A DNA stretch of 62,387 nt, filler included, from Sluysia triapertura (taxonomy: Eukaryota), in NCBI GenBank assembly GCA_046118255.1. It is 5 parts of 5 records of this genome, joined end to end, with 100 filler letters (N's around TTAATTAATTAA, not from the genome) between each part and the next. Parts side by side here need not be neighbours in the genome. Positions count along the whole stretch, not along the records: positions 1 to 14,308 come from JBJNIA010260179.1; positions 14,409 to 27,590 come from JBJNIA010054216.1; 3 more parts are not named here. One strand, 5' to 3'. A program made the position numbers and the translations under genes. Positions 13,009 to 26,721 of the stretch are shown here, piece after piece (within the stretch, counting starts at the first letter, position 1; the number at the start of each line of letters is the position of its first letter). The notes under the pieces were generated by a model. The model was not told the origin of the DNA, did not search any database, and saw only the letters and a list, made by a program, of their open reading frames with translations.

Positions 13009-14105
13009 CTAAATATTCAACCTTGTATAAAAATTAAATATAAAATCTAACAATATATTTTTGAAAAACTACACATTACATAAGTATAATTTTTTACGTA
13101 TGAAGCATTTGGTTACAAAAATGCATTATTAATATTTTATTATGAAAAGTTACTGAAAACATCTCTTTTTATTTTTCTTTTATTTCTTTTTATTTTTAAA
13201 CTGTATTACAAAGCAAATTTTCGATTGGATTCAAGAATAAATACGTCACTAAAGGTCATACTAGAACTGTACAATGGATGATTTAGTAAGGTACATTAAC
13301 CTATATTAAAATTAGGCTAAAAATTATACATTAATGATACTTTAAATATTAAATTACACAATCGTTGAAACATCCATTATTTAAGCCTGAAATATATAAT
13401 TATATTGTATATTTGATTTATTAATTTTCATTTTAGAATATAATCACTTGCAAAACTTTTTTCCAAAATTTAAACGTAAAATTTTTAAGATTTTTTACAC
13501 ACATTAAAATATGGTATTGTTATTATTACTTATTACTTATCTATATAACATTATAAAAATGTTTGAATGTGAAATAATTTCAAAGTTTAGGTCGGGCATT
13601 TGATGGACTCAACAAGTAAATATAGAATTGAGTTTGGATTTTTCATGAAATTATTATCAAATAATGTTTACATCGTTTTAAATTTATAAAATTTTAATCA
13701 CTTCAATATTTTGAATTTTAAATTATTAAAGCTATTTTTTTGTTTCCACATTTTTTTCATGAAATACTTACCTTTGTTTTTAGAATGTTAATCATGGAGT
13801 TCATTTAAAATTACGTTCTTACTAATTATACAATAAATATATATTCGAAACTATATAAAAACAAAGAAATATATTCAATATATAAGAAAATTCATTAAGC
13901 ACTTCTATCTCTTACATACGAGACGAGTAAAACTCTAACTTCCCGGTATTTTAACATAACAATTACGAAATTAAAATGATTCTGTTTTAAGAATAATTTC
14001 TAACAAGAATAGCTAATTATAGAACGAATTTTGAATAATATTAATCACAATCCAGGGTTTAGCGAGTTGACATTAATTTCTGTAACACAAAAAACAGTTT
14101 AGATA

Positions 14106-14200
14106 CCATTACAATACATTACAATATATTTACATTACATTACATATTGCATTGCATATTACACTGCATATTACATTACTTACATTACATGACATTACTG
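14106..14200. repeat. Degenerate (CATTA)n microsatellite
   Basis: Direct reading. Confidence 0.8.
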
Positions 14201-14229
14201 ACAACATAATTAAAAGTAGTAATATTTAA

Positions 14230-14232
<3 letters not shown>

Positions 14233-14288
<56 letters not shown>

Positions 14289-14420
14289 TAATAATAATAA
14301 TAATAATANNNNNNNNNNNNNNNNNNNNNNNNNNNNNNNNNNNNNNNNNNNNTTAATTAATTAANNNNNNNNNNNNNNNNNNNNNNNNNNNNNNNNNNNN
14401 NNNNNNNNTTATTATTATTA

Positions 14421-14470
<50 letters not shown>
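14233..14470. repeat. (AAT)n and (ATT)n tracts flanking gap 14309-14408
   Basis: Direct reading. Confidence 0.95.
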
Positions 14471-16113
14471 TTAAACTACTGTAAAACATCAGTAAATGAA
14501 ATAAATATAAATGAATATATTTATTCAGCACACAAAGAATGCAACAACGTTTTTAACTGAATAACCCCCTTTTGAGTTATTATTATTATTATTAAGTAGT
14601 TTTTGCTGTTGTTAGTTAAGTATGATAAAATTTATATATCCGTGTATATTATATATTGCTTTTTCTGTAAAATACAAATTAATTATTATTGTTAGTAGTT
14701 TATTATTATTAATAGTAGTAATAGTAGTATATAATGTTATATCGTTGTTTATTTTTATGAGAGAAAACATTTTCAAAAGAATACTGGATAACTTTCAACA
14801 AATCATTTTTCTTGCTGCATCAGGAGGCTGAGTAGGACAAATCCGCGATTTCAAATTTTCCGTATAAATATATAAATATGTATAAATTGAAATGAGTGAT
14901 GATAATATACCATTTATTTTTGTGTAAAATCTTAAATAAATATATAAAACATTTGTTTTTTTTGAGTGTTTTATTAATTATTAAAAAGAAAATAAATATA
15001 TTTTCTTTTGGTCTTGTCAAAAAAAGAGTATTTCTGTGCAATACAATTGTAGAATAGAAATTGAAGAAAGTCAGACTGAAAAATCAAGAAGTATTACAGA
15101 AGAATCAACGAATATCCGCCCTTGTTGAAGATTGGATGGTTTTTGTTCCGGAAATAACTTGTCATCAATTAATTAAACTACAATAAAAAAAACATATATA
15201 TATTTTCATCAACAACAATATCAATATCGTCAATACTACCAAGAAAAAAATAGGTACTTTATTTTTAATTCTTTCATTTTTATTTTCACTTTTAACAACA
15301 ACAAAAAAAGAAAACTATTTACTTGTCTTTTTTCTTGTTGATATTGATATTAGTTTATTTTAAAAGGTAGCATCAGATTCTTTTTTTTGTTTCGAATATT
15401 CTACAACTAACTATATTAATGACTAGTAAATATCGTAGTAATAGCTCAATTTTTGTTGCTCATTCATTTATTTATTTATTTTATTTTATTTTCTATTTCC
15501 TCTTACAAATAGCATCAATTGTAACATCAAATAACAGCAGTCATCTTCTGTATCACTTCCTGTTAATCAATTTTCCTTTTTCTTTCTATCTTTCTTTATT
15601 TCTTGTTTTTTACATAATATGTCAAGAAATTTTATATTAAAAAATATGAAAATAAAAGTTTAGTCAAAAGGAATAGCATATTTTCAAAGACCCAAAAAGA
15701 ACGTTTACCAATTAGTTTTGTTATGTTTTGATTCAATTTTATAGTATTTTCTATTATTTATTTATTTTTCATTATTTATTTCATTTATTTTGTTGGATTT
15801 TCTGATTTATTATCTAGTTTTTATATTTTTGTTTTCTAGTTTTCTTTTTTTTACTTTGATCATATTCTTTTCTTGACTGTACTGTTTTATTTTGTTTTAT
15901 TTCTGTTTACCTTGTTTTTTTTGTATATTTTTTTGTTTTCAAATTTATCTTATAATTTATTTTTTGGTTTTTTACTTTTTATTTTATTAAGTTGTATGTT
16001 TTAAGTTTTACATTTCTCCAGTAAAAATTGAGATTGATTTATTCAGTATAAATCTGTATTAAAATTTAGGAAGTATTCAATATTGTATTTACGATTTACA
16101 ATTGTCAAAAATT

Positions 16114-16164
16114 ATGAAACTGAATAACGAAAACTATCAGAAACCGACTTTGCCATCCTTTCAA
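16114..16164 (+). CDS. C2H2 zinc-finger TF exon 1 (MKLNNENYQKPTLPSFQ)
   Basis: ATG, GTACTT donor, phase 0 into the 16243 exon. Confidence 0.65.
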
Positions 16165-16242
16165 GTACTTTTTATTTAAATTTTCTGTATTATTTATGTG
16201 CTTTTTTGATTTGATTTGAATTTGAAATTTGTTTTTACTTAG

Positions 16243-16493
16243 AAAATTCCACTTATTTCTCCAACTGACTTATCCCAGTTTCCATTTCCTACTCCCTTAC
16301 CTCCTATTGATGCCGCATTCCATCTATTTGCTAAACGTAACGGGTTATCTCAATTCTATTCATCATTAGCTAATATTATCAATCATAATCAAAAACAACT
16401 TAATGAAACTGTCGAGTTTTTAAAAATGGAATTAAAGCATGATCAAGAAATACCGTTGGATCTATCAGCAAAAAAAAGAAAATCTTTTACTTC
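16243..16493 (+). CDS. C2H2 zinc-finger TF exon 2 with PLDLS (CtBP motif) and KKRK
   Basis: 251 nt open exon with AG/GT borders, …EIPLDLSAKKRKSFTS; not in the ORF track. Confidence 0.85.
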
Positions 16494-16541
16494 GTTAGTT
16501 TTATTTTAATGCCAACAAAACTTGATTTTCATTTAATTTAG

Positions 16542-17190
16542 AATATTTTCCAATTTACCCTTACCGAATTCAATAAATAATGTGAAATTTATGTTACCAT
16601 TTTTTGTCAGAAATCCTCATTTTAATTTACTACAGGCTTTGTATCAGAGTGAGAATTCTCAACTACCTATACATCCACATCAACAACAAACATACAACTT
16701 ACCTCTTCCACATTATTTGCAAAGCATTAAAAATAATCCCAATATCAATCCATTTCAGCCTCAAATTAATTTCAATAATTTCATTCGCAAAACCAATTCA
16801 GAAAATATCAACATTGATTCGAATTCTTCAGATAATTTTGTGTCCTTTCTTAAACCTGTTTATTCTGCTAATAATTTACCATCAGCTAATTCAAATAATA
16901 ACAACAACAATAATAACAATAATAATAATAATAGCAATACGAATACTAGTTTTAGTATGACATCGAACAAATTATTTGGCAGTAGTTCTTCGAAAAATTC
17001 AAATTGTTCACGAAGAAGTTCAGGTGGAGGTAAACAACCAGTTACGAGTTGTCTGCAATGTTCAGCAACGTTTGCGTCATTGATAGATTTAAATACACAC
17101 TTTATCAATGATCATGAAATGTGTCTTGTGAAAGAGCTTGAATTAGCTAAATCCTGGAAATCGCACGCAGTTGAAGAAATATGTATGCAA
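16542..17190 (+). CDS. C2H2 zinc-finger TF exon 3 (P/Q/N-rich region plus finger CLQC…HFINDH)
   Basis: Overlaps ORF 16582-17238; 48-nt intron upstream, GTGAGT donor. Confidence 0.9.
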
Positions 17191-18595
17191 GTGAGTAATC
17201 GAATTTTGTTTCATTTACATTGCCTGGTTCAAGAATAGTAAAATTGAATATCTAAATAAATGATTATTAACCTTTTTAACACAAAGAATTACCAATTAAA
17301 CAATATTATGATATTACACACTTCAACAATATATAATATTTTAAGTCCTTAGCGAAAGCTGTAACAATCATGCTCATTCTACACTTTTCTGAGGCCACTT
17401 ATGTAAGGATTAAGAGCAACATAGATCTAGCTTTACAATATTCTAGATTGTACAAAACTATAACTGATTTTAGCGATAATTTAATAAAATAATTAATATC
17501 AAATTCAGTATTGAGAAAGAAAATTCAAAAATTAATTACCATGACACTTTGGAAAATTGGTATGAATTTATAACAAATGCAAAAACAATAAAATCAACAA
17601 AATTATGAATAATACAAAACATTGAGAAGTTATAAGATGACTTTTTTATAATTTTAATAACTTTCTTTAAAACTTTGCAACTAAAAATATTGTCAACATT
17701 GAAACAAAAAAATAATTAATCAATGATATAATTGCTTTTAGTTAAAAAAATGTTCACAAAAATTAAAAACCTATTATTTAAATCAATTTATTCATAATTG
17801 TATATATGAATGCATTATATAAAATGCAGAAAACATTACTAAAAATTAATTTTAGCACACATTTTAATTAAATATTATAATTTAATTAAATGCATTATTA
17901 AAAGAAAAAGATTTCTTAATGATTTAGTATCGTTTAAATGATGAAAATATTTAATTTCAAATTGTCTTTAAAATTATGTTTCCAATTATGTTCAAAAACA
18001 AGTGTTTCCTGGAAAGAGAACAAAGAGAACATCAGTTCTGGTCTAAATCTTAAATTTAAAACAATTTTTTGTAAAGTATTTAATAATAATAATAATATTC
18101 ATCATCATCATCATCATCATCATATGTTAATTTATACTGCTATAATATCTATTGCAAAATAGGTAATCAAAAGCGCTTAAAATAATATTTCTAAAACAGA
18201 AAGAATGTATTAAATATTTCATAATCTTTCAGTAAATTAACATTCTCTGGTAGTTGTATATTTTTGAAATAAATAGTATATAACCTATCACTGTAGATTC
18301 TGTACAACTTAATCATACCTTAGTAGCATATTCATTTTGGTTTCCGAATTTTTTATTATTTCCAAGAAATACAAGCATTTGTAAATTATTGTCATGATTT
18401 TGAATTCTACTTTTGCTGTTATTGGCAACCAATGTAATTCTATAAGATGTAATTTTTCCTACTTGGAAAATTAATTTTAATATTTAAATGACAAATTTAA
18501 ACAATCAAAATTAATATTTTTTGAATTTTTGTAGAAACTATTTTTAATAAACATTTAAAAAGTGAATTAATTTTGATGATAATATCGTTTTTTAG

Positions 18596-19372
18596 GAACT
18601 TGAAGCTGTTGTAAAACAAGGAGAAATTGAAACTAGTGGATACCAATGTCCACATTGTGAATATTTTGCCAAATGGCCTACAGAACTTCAGAAACACATC
18701 ATGGTCCACAGCAAAGAAAGGCCTCATCAATGTATAATTTGTGGTCTTACTTACAAATGGAAATGGGATTTAGGTCGTCATTTTGATAAAAGTCACTTAC
18801 CAGCACTTAATCCTTACAAAAAAAATCCAAATGCAGCTGCAGCTGCAGCTGCTGCTGTAGCAACTGTTGCTATGAATAATTCATCAACTGCCAGTAGTTT
18901 TAATATTAATAACAATTCGACCACATCTATGTCAACTACACCAATGTATCGAACTAATCAATCCATTCTTACTGATAACCCTTATTTGAAACCACCACCA
19001 GCATCTACATCGTCATCTTTTAGTTCTAGTCTTCCTATTTCAGTACCTAATAATTCTGATTCTTTACTATTTCAATCTCCATACAAAATGATATCTGAAA
19101 CTGCCCAATCACAAAGTCACAGAAAACGAAAGCATAATTTCGATTTTAATTTCGAATTTGAAGGTCGAAAATTTATGAAGTGTTACCATGATAATAATAA
19201 TAATAGTAATAGTAATAATAATAATAATAATAATGTAGAAAAGTATGACTCTGACAACAAAATCAATGGTGATGATGATAATAACTTAGTAGAAAAAGTG
19301 AAAACTTCATCTAACATTAGTAAAAAAACGAATTCGAAAATATTATCTTTGTCAGATTATGCTATTGATTGA
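18596..19372 (+). CDS. zfp-1: C2H2 zinc-finger TF last exon; probable flatworm zfp-1 family
   Basis: YQCPHCEYFAKWPTELQKHIMVHSKERPHQCIICGLTYKWKWDLGRHFDKSH gives two linked fingers. Total CDS 1728 nt (575 aa); AATAAA at ~19483 and ~19494. Family name from recall of the Trp-containing three-finger flatworm ZFP-1 proteins, so it is less certain than the exon call. Confidence 0.85.
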   Translation, partial: ELEAVVKQGEIETSGYQCPHCEYFAKWPTELQKHIMVHSKERPHQCIICGLTYKWKWDLGRHFDKSHLPALNPYKKNPNAAAAAAAAVATVAMNNSSTASSFNINNNSTTSMSTTPMYRTNQSILTDNPYLKPPPASTSSSFSSSLPISVPNNSDSLLFQSPYKMISETAQSQSHRKRKHNFDFNFEFEGRKFMKCYHDNNNNSNSNNNNNNNVEKYDSDNKINGDDDNNLVEKVKTSSNISKKTNSKILSLSDYAID

Positions 19373-22300
19373 ATAATTGTGTTGATTATTCGAAATAATG
19401 CTTTTTTTGATGATATAATTCAAATGTATATATTAATTCAATTTCAAATTTTATTTTTGATGTAGTACTGAGAATTTTATTTAATAAATGTTTAATAAAA
19501 ATGTGCCATTTTTTAATCTAATTAATATTTTTTGTTTTAAATCTTTTTTTCAAATCACTGATTTTATGTGTTCATTTGATTATAAATGTGTAATGTATAA
19601 TGCAATGTAAAATATTATTCCAATAGTTATTTGAAGGCTAATTTGAAATAATTATGTACAACAATGGAAATATATAATCTAACACAAATTATGTATTTTA
19701 ATCTCTTTGAGTTTTCAAAATCGGTTAAAAAGACAAAAATATAATCAAAAAGCAACTTTTGTTTTCATCGTATAATATCATTTATAACATGTATTATTAT
19801 TTTAGCCTATTATTATTATGACCGCTACATGTTTACTCAACTTCTTGGATCCATTGTCTGATAATAATTGACTAATTATATTTACCGATAAAAAATGTAT
19901 AAAATGATAAACTTTGTAGCACTAATTCTTGATTAATTTCAAAACATTTTCTGAAACTGGACTAGACACATCAACTGATTAAATAATTAATTAGAATTAA
20001 TTTAGTATCATTAATAAGATCTCATTCTGGTATAGATTAAAGTTCTTAAGAATTAATGTATATAAAATATTTTGTATGTTGATAAATAAGAAATCATATG
20101 TTACGTATGGATCAAAAACTAAATTAATAATAAAAATTAATAACAAAATTTATGAATTTATGAAAATAATAATAATAAAATTATTATAAAATTATTAATA
20201 ATGGTTAATAATGTGATTATTGACAGTATTAATAATAATGTTAATAAAGATTATTAACGGATAAATCTTGTATTACAAGAAAGATGGCTAAACTTTAATA
20301 CATAAAGTTTAATTTTATTTATCGCCGAACAACTCATAAAATAACTTATTAAAAACTTGAAATATGTTGTGAGGTATATAAAAATACATTTGTTAATTAA
20401 TTTAATTAAACTAATTAAAATATGTTTTGTAAAATAATTTTTGATTAAAGTGATATTTTTTTCGAAATACCATTTACATCATTCATTAAAAAATTAGAGT
20501 CATGCTATTTAAAATCAACACATTTTTAATTAAATCTAAACACAAAATCACGTATCAGAGAAACATATATAGAATGTATCCTTGTTCAAGAACGATATTT
20601 ATTTTATATATAAGCATTGAAAATGATTTTCCTTTGTAAGAAGTTATTAGAAGTAGAGAAAACTGCATAAAAATGAAATGTGTTTGTTAATTGTTAAGTT
20701 AATTAATCACGCCAGTCATTTTTTCAGAAATCAGAAACTTAACCTGGCTCGTTAGATTTAATCTATATCAGTTTGACAAATTAGTGTCGGTTTCATGAAG
20801 TCAAAAGAAGTGGATGTATTTCGACTTTGTTTTATTAATTATAGATTATTGGGATAAATTACTATGGTGCCAGATGATTTTGTAACTAATTTCACAAAGA
20901 AATTATTGGAATCATGAGCCAAGAATAATATTCTATCTAATGACCGCTAGAAAAGGGTTCATAGACTAGAAATTAATTATTTGAATGAAAAAAATGGTAA
21001 GTATCGAGTCTATAATGGAAATATGGGTTTCATACAGACCGCATTTCGTTAAATTTTGAAATATGTGTGAACTTAGGGTAAACATGTTGTCAATATTGGA
21101 ATAAGAATTCTGAATTTTGGTATTAAATCGTCTTTATTAATAGTAACAAAGACTAGCAAATTTTAGAATTTTGGTTATATTTGTACGGTATTAGGTATTT
21201 GTATTCAATAATATTTATCTTAGGATTCAAACTTAGACTTACATTACAAAAATAGTTTCCATCATATGTTATAGGATAGATTGTTTCATTGGTTTGTATA
21301 CGTTATTGACACTGGATTGTAGCTGCCTGACTTTTAAGATAAAGGCAAGAGTTTATTTCAACTCCCATAACCATTTTTAAGTGAATAATCAATAATTTAT
21401 AAATTTGTACTTATTTTTATTGTTAAACTTTAAAAAGCGCAAAACTTTCTGATTTGGTATAAGCAAGGAAAATGATAAAAAAAGACAAATGTTTTTTAAT
21501 ATAAAATAATAATTGAATTTGTAATAAAGAGAATCCAAAATATACGACTTACTGAAATACTTCGAATATATATAATAAATTTTGTTTATATTTAAAGTCG
21601 ATTTTTTTGAAACTAGCATTGTTTTGCTTTCAGCCGGGCTAAACTTTAATACATAAAGTTTAATTTTATTTATCACCGAACAACTCATAAAATATTTTAA
21701 CAAAATTTTGAATCATATTCTTAAATCATCAAATAGTGCTTTTTATATTCTTATTGCAAACCTTACCAAACCTTTTAACATGCAATCTTAATTGCACAAC
21801 CTTATTGAATTATAAGGTTCATAACAAATCATAATGTCTAAAGATCTTTCTTATTTCAAAGTATATCGAGATTGAAAATAGCATACAAAGAAACTTGGAA
21901 ACACTTATTACTACTTTTATCTAAGAAAAAACGCGCCATTTCTGCTAGGACAGTGTTGTATAATTTTCTTTGCAACATTCAATAAACGAATTTTCTTTTT
22001 CTAAATCTTAAATTTCATTAGAAAATTTAATTTAAACTTTAATGCCGCAACATTGCAGTATATTCTAAATTTAACACAAAAATATTTAATTTAATAACAT
22101 AAATAAAATAACTTAATAATAAATATTAATAATTTAATAACAATAATAATAATATTATTATTATTAATATTAATATTTTAATGCCACAATTAATCTATGT
22201 ATAATTAGCTACATTATCTGCCAATTCATATTTCATTGGAGCAACCATATCAAAAATTATCAGTTCAGGCAGAAATTAACAAAGAATTCATAGTGTTAGT

Positions 22301-23657
22301 CGAATCTAAAAATAGTTAAAATACGATTATAAAAATTTAATGCTTTAGTTTAAAAATTTATGATGGAAAATGAAAATTTGTAAAAAAAATTAGTTTCACT
22401 AAATTCCCTGTAGATTATCATGAAGTTCTCTAGTGAATATTAGAAGAAATAATTAAAAGAAGTCATTTAGATATCAAAATTTATATAAAATTCATAAAAC
22501 TTGGTCATTATTTAGTGAAATACCACAAATGTTTTTCTTACCCATGTTCAGTAACGAATTGTAATTTTAATTCTCGGTTGAATTCAAAATGTCTATAAAA
22601 ATAGAAAGTGTTGTCGCTTGTCCAACAGTGCTTAATAAATTTGAATCTAAAACTGTTTCTTTTCTTTCCACTAAAAATGATTTAAATCAATTGCTTATGT
22701 ATATGGATTCGCCTGGTGACCATAAGGAATATAATGAAAAAGATCAATATAAGTTACTTAAAGCTCTTAAGGAAAAAGTCGATCTACTTATTGAAGGTAA
22801 AGAAGAGATGATAAGTGGTTCCTTCAATTCGAGACGGCAATAATAAATCAATTTATAAAACTTGGGATTCTATTTAACATACAAACTTATCTAACTGTAA
22901 ATAAAACTTTAATAAACCTAAACTTTGATTTATGATAATTTGTGATTACACATGGACTTTGATTTATGATTACACACCAACTTTTATATTGTAATTACAT
23001 GCCGTATGTTATTTTATTTATTTATGTATTTATTATTTAATTATTATTATGTATTTATTATGTCGTGATTATTTAGTTTTTGAAAAAAAATTTGGAAATA
23101 TTTAGTATTGATTTTTTAAATTTTGAAAAAGTTTATATTATTAAAAAGTAATTTTTAATATAAATAATTTTCTAATTTATTTTATACTGCTTAAAATTAT
23201 TTTCTTTTAAATAAGTAATTTTAACTTTAAACCACTATAAATTAACTCGATTTTTACAATTAAACTCACAATTTTTAACATAATTTGTTAACACAATTTT
23301 AACTAACACAATTCTTATGTTTATTCTACGATTATTTGAGGAGCAGAATTTATCCAAGGAAACAAAATCTCCGGGAATCTTATTTATTTTTCAAACTTAT
23401 TCGTTAGTTTATTTTTACTAAGATTGCGCCTAATAGGTACTGCGTAATTTTCCATTTAAAATCTTTAATTCTTGATGATTGTGGAACTTTTTAATAGTTC
23501 CAACGTAAAATCCTCATTAAAATCATTAACTATTAAATTAACTTAAGACAGTTAATTTTGCAATTTTAATTATTTCTTATTATAATAATAATCTTGTAAT
23601 ATTATATTGTTCATAATATACCTTATTGATATAACCTGTTTTTTGTTATTACACATA

Positions 23658-25553
23658 CAGTCGTCCCTCTTGTTAATGAACAAGCCCGCAGTAAAACAAG
23701 AGCTTGTTCATTACTTATTATAAAGAACAGTGAAATGACTTAATTATCACTAAAAGCGTCTTTCTTTCATTAAAAGTTTTTTCATTGTTAACTTTAAATT
23801 GAAAAAGTCAATCTTAGGAAGAAAGTCTTAAATAATAACCGAAAAAACATTTATTTAAACAAAAAGTATTTATTTTTTGCTTATCATAAAACTCAGTATA
23901 TCATGTTTCACCGAAGATCGTTTGGACAGGAAATCTTCCTTGAAATTATAAAAATTAGAAATATCATATTTTGCATTTTGAAGATACCAAAACTCAATTT
24001 TTTCTAACCATAATGTGATGTCTTCATTGTTATCTTCACAATTCTTCTCAATTTCTGTTTCAATAATGTTTTGAGACTTTTTAACTCCTAGTCCATATTC
24101 ATTCGTCACATTCAAGATTATTTCGTCCATGTCTATTTCATAGTTTTCATGCAAGTCAAAATCCTCAGATTCGCTTTCATTGTTTATGTCTTGAACCACT
24201 TTTCAGATTTCATATTATCAAGAGCTTTGTTCCAACAATTAATTATTATTTGTTCATAAGTTCGAGCCATGATTGATTTATCATCATATAGGTTCTAAAC
24301 AAATTTACTCTTTTGATGGATACACTGTAATCACAAAGCGTACCATTAGCAAAAATTGACTCAGATGCCTGTGATACCGGTCTTTAAAGGCCTCAATGAC
24401 GCCTTGATCTAGGGGCTGGATGACTGACGTGGAATTTTTTTTGGAAAAAGGAGCAGTTTTACATTTTGGAATTCAAAATCCACAAAGTGGACAGACGCGT
24501 TGTCTAAACAGAGAAGGATTTTTCTATTTTGTGAAGCCATAAGACTGTCAAGATCTTTTAGCCAATTATAGAATAAAAGTCCAGTCATCCAAGCTTCTTT
24601 TAGATGATCGATGTTGTATTTTTAGATTTTTTAAAATTTATTTGCACTTCTGAAACATGTGGGTTTTGTGATTTCGCAATAGACAAAATTCGAAGTTTTT
24701 CTCCTCTCATACTAATTCTTTCTTTTTGTTTAAACTTTTGCACATGATCATTTTCTTGAGCAAGTGATCTATTTCTTGTTGACTTAAAAACAATCCAGTT
24801 TCATCGCAATTAAATACGCTGCGTTCTCCATAATTTTCGATTTTTTCTGCCAAATCTTGGTAAAATTCCTTTAAACTTGTTTTATCAAGAAGTTCACTCT
24901 CCCGAGATTGTATTTTACTTTTGATTGAAAAGTTTTTCTTAAAGCACGCCAACCATTCATTAGGTGCTACAAACTCTTCTAATCCAAGTTTCTGAGCAAT
25001 TTCTAACGCTTTGGTTTGAATGTCGTAATTTGAGATACAGTAATTTTTTGATCTCATTTGAACAAACCATTTAAACAAACATTCGTTAAGAAAACCAGTT
25101 TTGCTCGGCTTCGATTTGTTCTTTTTTTCATTTTTAGTATTCATTATTTCCTCGTTTTTAGCAATAATATTATTTACAACGCCAACGGAGACTTTGAATT
25201 CAGTTGCAATTTCTCGCTGAGTCAAAAATCTATTTCTCTCATAAAATTTGATAATTTCTTTCTTCTGAGCGACAGAAAGCCGTATCCTTTTTTTGATTAC
25301 TGGAAATTTTTTTGTTCATTATTTATTATCTAATTTATTAAATTATTTATTATCTAAATTTAATTTACTGTTCACCATTTATTACTTAAAACAAAAAGTA
25401 AAAAAATTAAAATACACAAAACAACGATATTAATACAAAATATCACTTACTGATTATAAAATATGGCTATAAATATTATTTACTTAAAAAATCTGAAAAT
25501 GTTTCATAGAGCGATGTTCATTAATTAGAGTGTTCATAAACAAAAAGAGACTG
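23658..25553 (-). mobile_element. Near full-length decayed Tigger/pogo element
   Basis: HTH/CENP-B ORF 24707-25225 (LFKWFVQMR…WLACFK…VFNCDETGLF), frameshifted DDE (LDNASVH, TSVIQPLDQGVI), acidic tail 23870-24199; imperfect TIRs CAGTC…TGTT(A/T)ATGAACA. Confidence 0.9.
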
Positions 25554-26721
25554 CATAATTATAAAATCAAGCCTATTTAGCCTGTATTTAAAATTTTTAT
25601 TAATTCTTTTAATGCAAATATATGAATATAGAATATAACACTGATTAAGAACCAACTAATCATAATTTCAAGAAAAAAATTTAGTCAGCTGGCATAACTC
25701 AAGTCAAGTTAACAAATTTTAATTCCAGACAAGCATTTGAAGCAGTTCAGTTAACATTTAACAACAAAATTTAAGTCATAATTGGAATTATAAGAACAAC
25801 GTATTATGTACATTTTTAGTAATCTACTCAATGAAATTGCTCATTGTTTATGAGTTTTTTGAAATAGGTAAAATTTCAAACATGCAATTAGAAAAGTGAT
25901 TTTGTACAAAATTGAATATAAAGAGGTAAGAAAAATAAAAAAGACCAATATTACTTATTTATACCGACTTCAATTTTGAATTTAGAATCACTTTCTCAAT
26001 ACTCAAGAGTACACTCCAGACAATACTTTTCACATTGTTAGTTTAAATTATATAAGATTTTCTTGAGTACATAGGTGCAAAACTCCATTTAAAATATTTA
26101 ATTAATTTTCCTGATAATTTAAAATATTATCGTTAACCATAGCTTATTAAATAAAAACATTTTTTATTTTTGCATTATTTATATTATTTAGTTACATTTT
26201 GTATAAATTCAATTTCAAAATAAATTTTTGTCTATTAATGTTACTAGAACATTAGAATCATATGAGTGTCACAGTAATACATGATATAAAGTTACGAAAA
26301 ATTTGAGAAGCTGTCATACTAATATTAAAGACTAATTAAGTTTTATACTCTACAATAAATCGTCATAATAAATTATAAAATAAATCTGAAAATATCTTCA
26401 TAATCTCAATATAAACATCTTAAAATTTCAGAAGATCAAAACCAATAAAATGAAATGAAAATTAAACGCAGGTATAACACATTTCCTTATAAATTCTTGA
26501 TATTGGGAATATGCTAGAAGTTTTATTAAAGTCATTTTCCTCCAGTAAAAATCTAAACCAAGTATCAATTGTTTTTTATTCATCAAGAATGTAAGATTCC
26601 TTTCCTTCTGATTCCGTTACAGCTGCAGGAACAACCTCATTCTGAACCAGAGTTAAAAACATGGATCCGACTTTCACGTTTACTCCTCGAAAGCTGGAAA
26701 GTGGGGAAATAAATATATATA

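Noticed and set aside
13771-13850. Minus-strand segment with a strong GTAAGT donor as the missing NBEAL exon
   Set aside because: The required phase contains stops.
14353-14364. Recurrent TTAATTAATTAA palindrome inside N runs
   Set aside because: Identical 44N+12+44N layout at four gaps; an artificial scaffolding linker.
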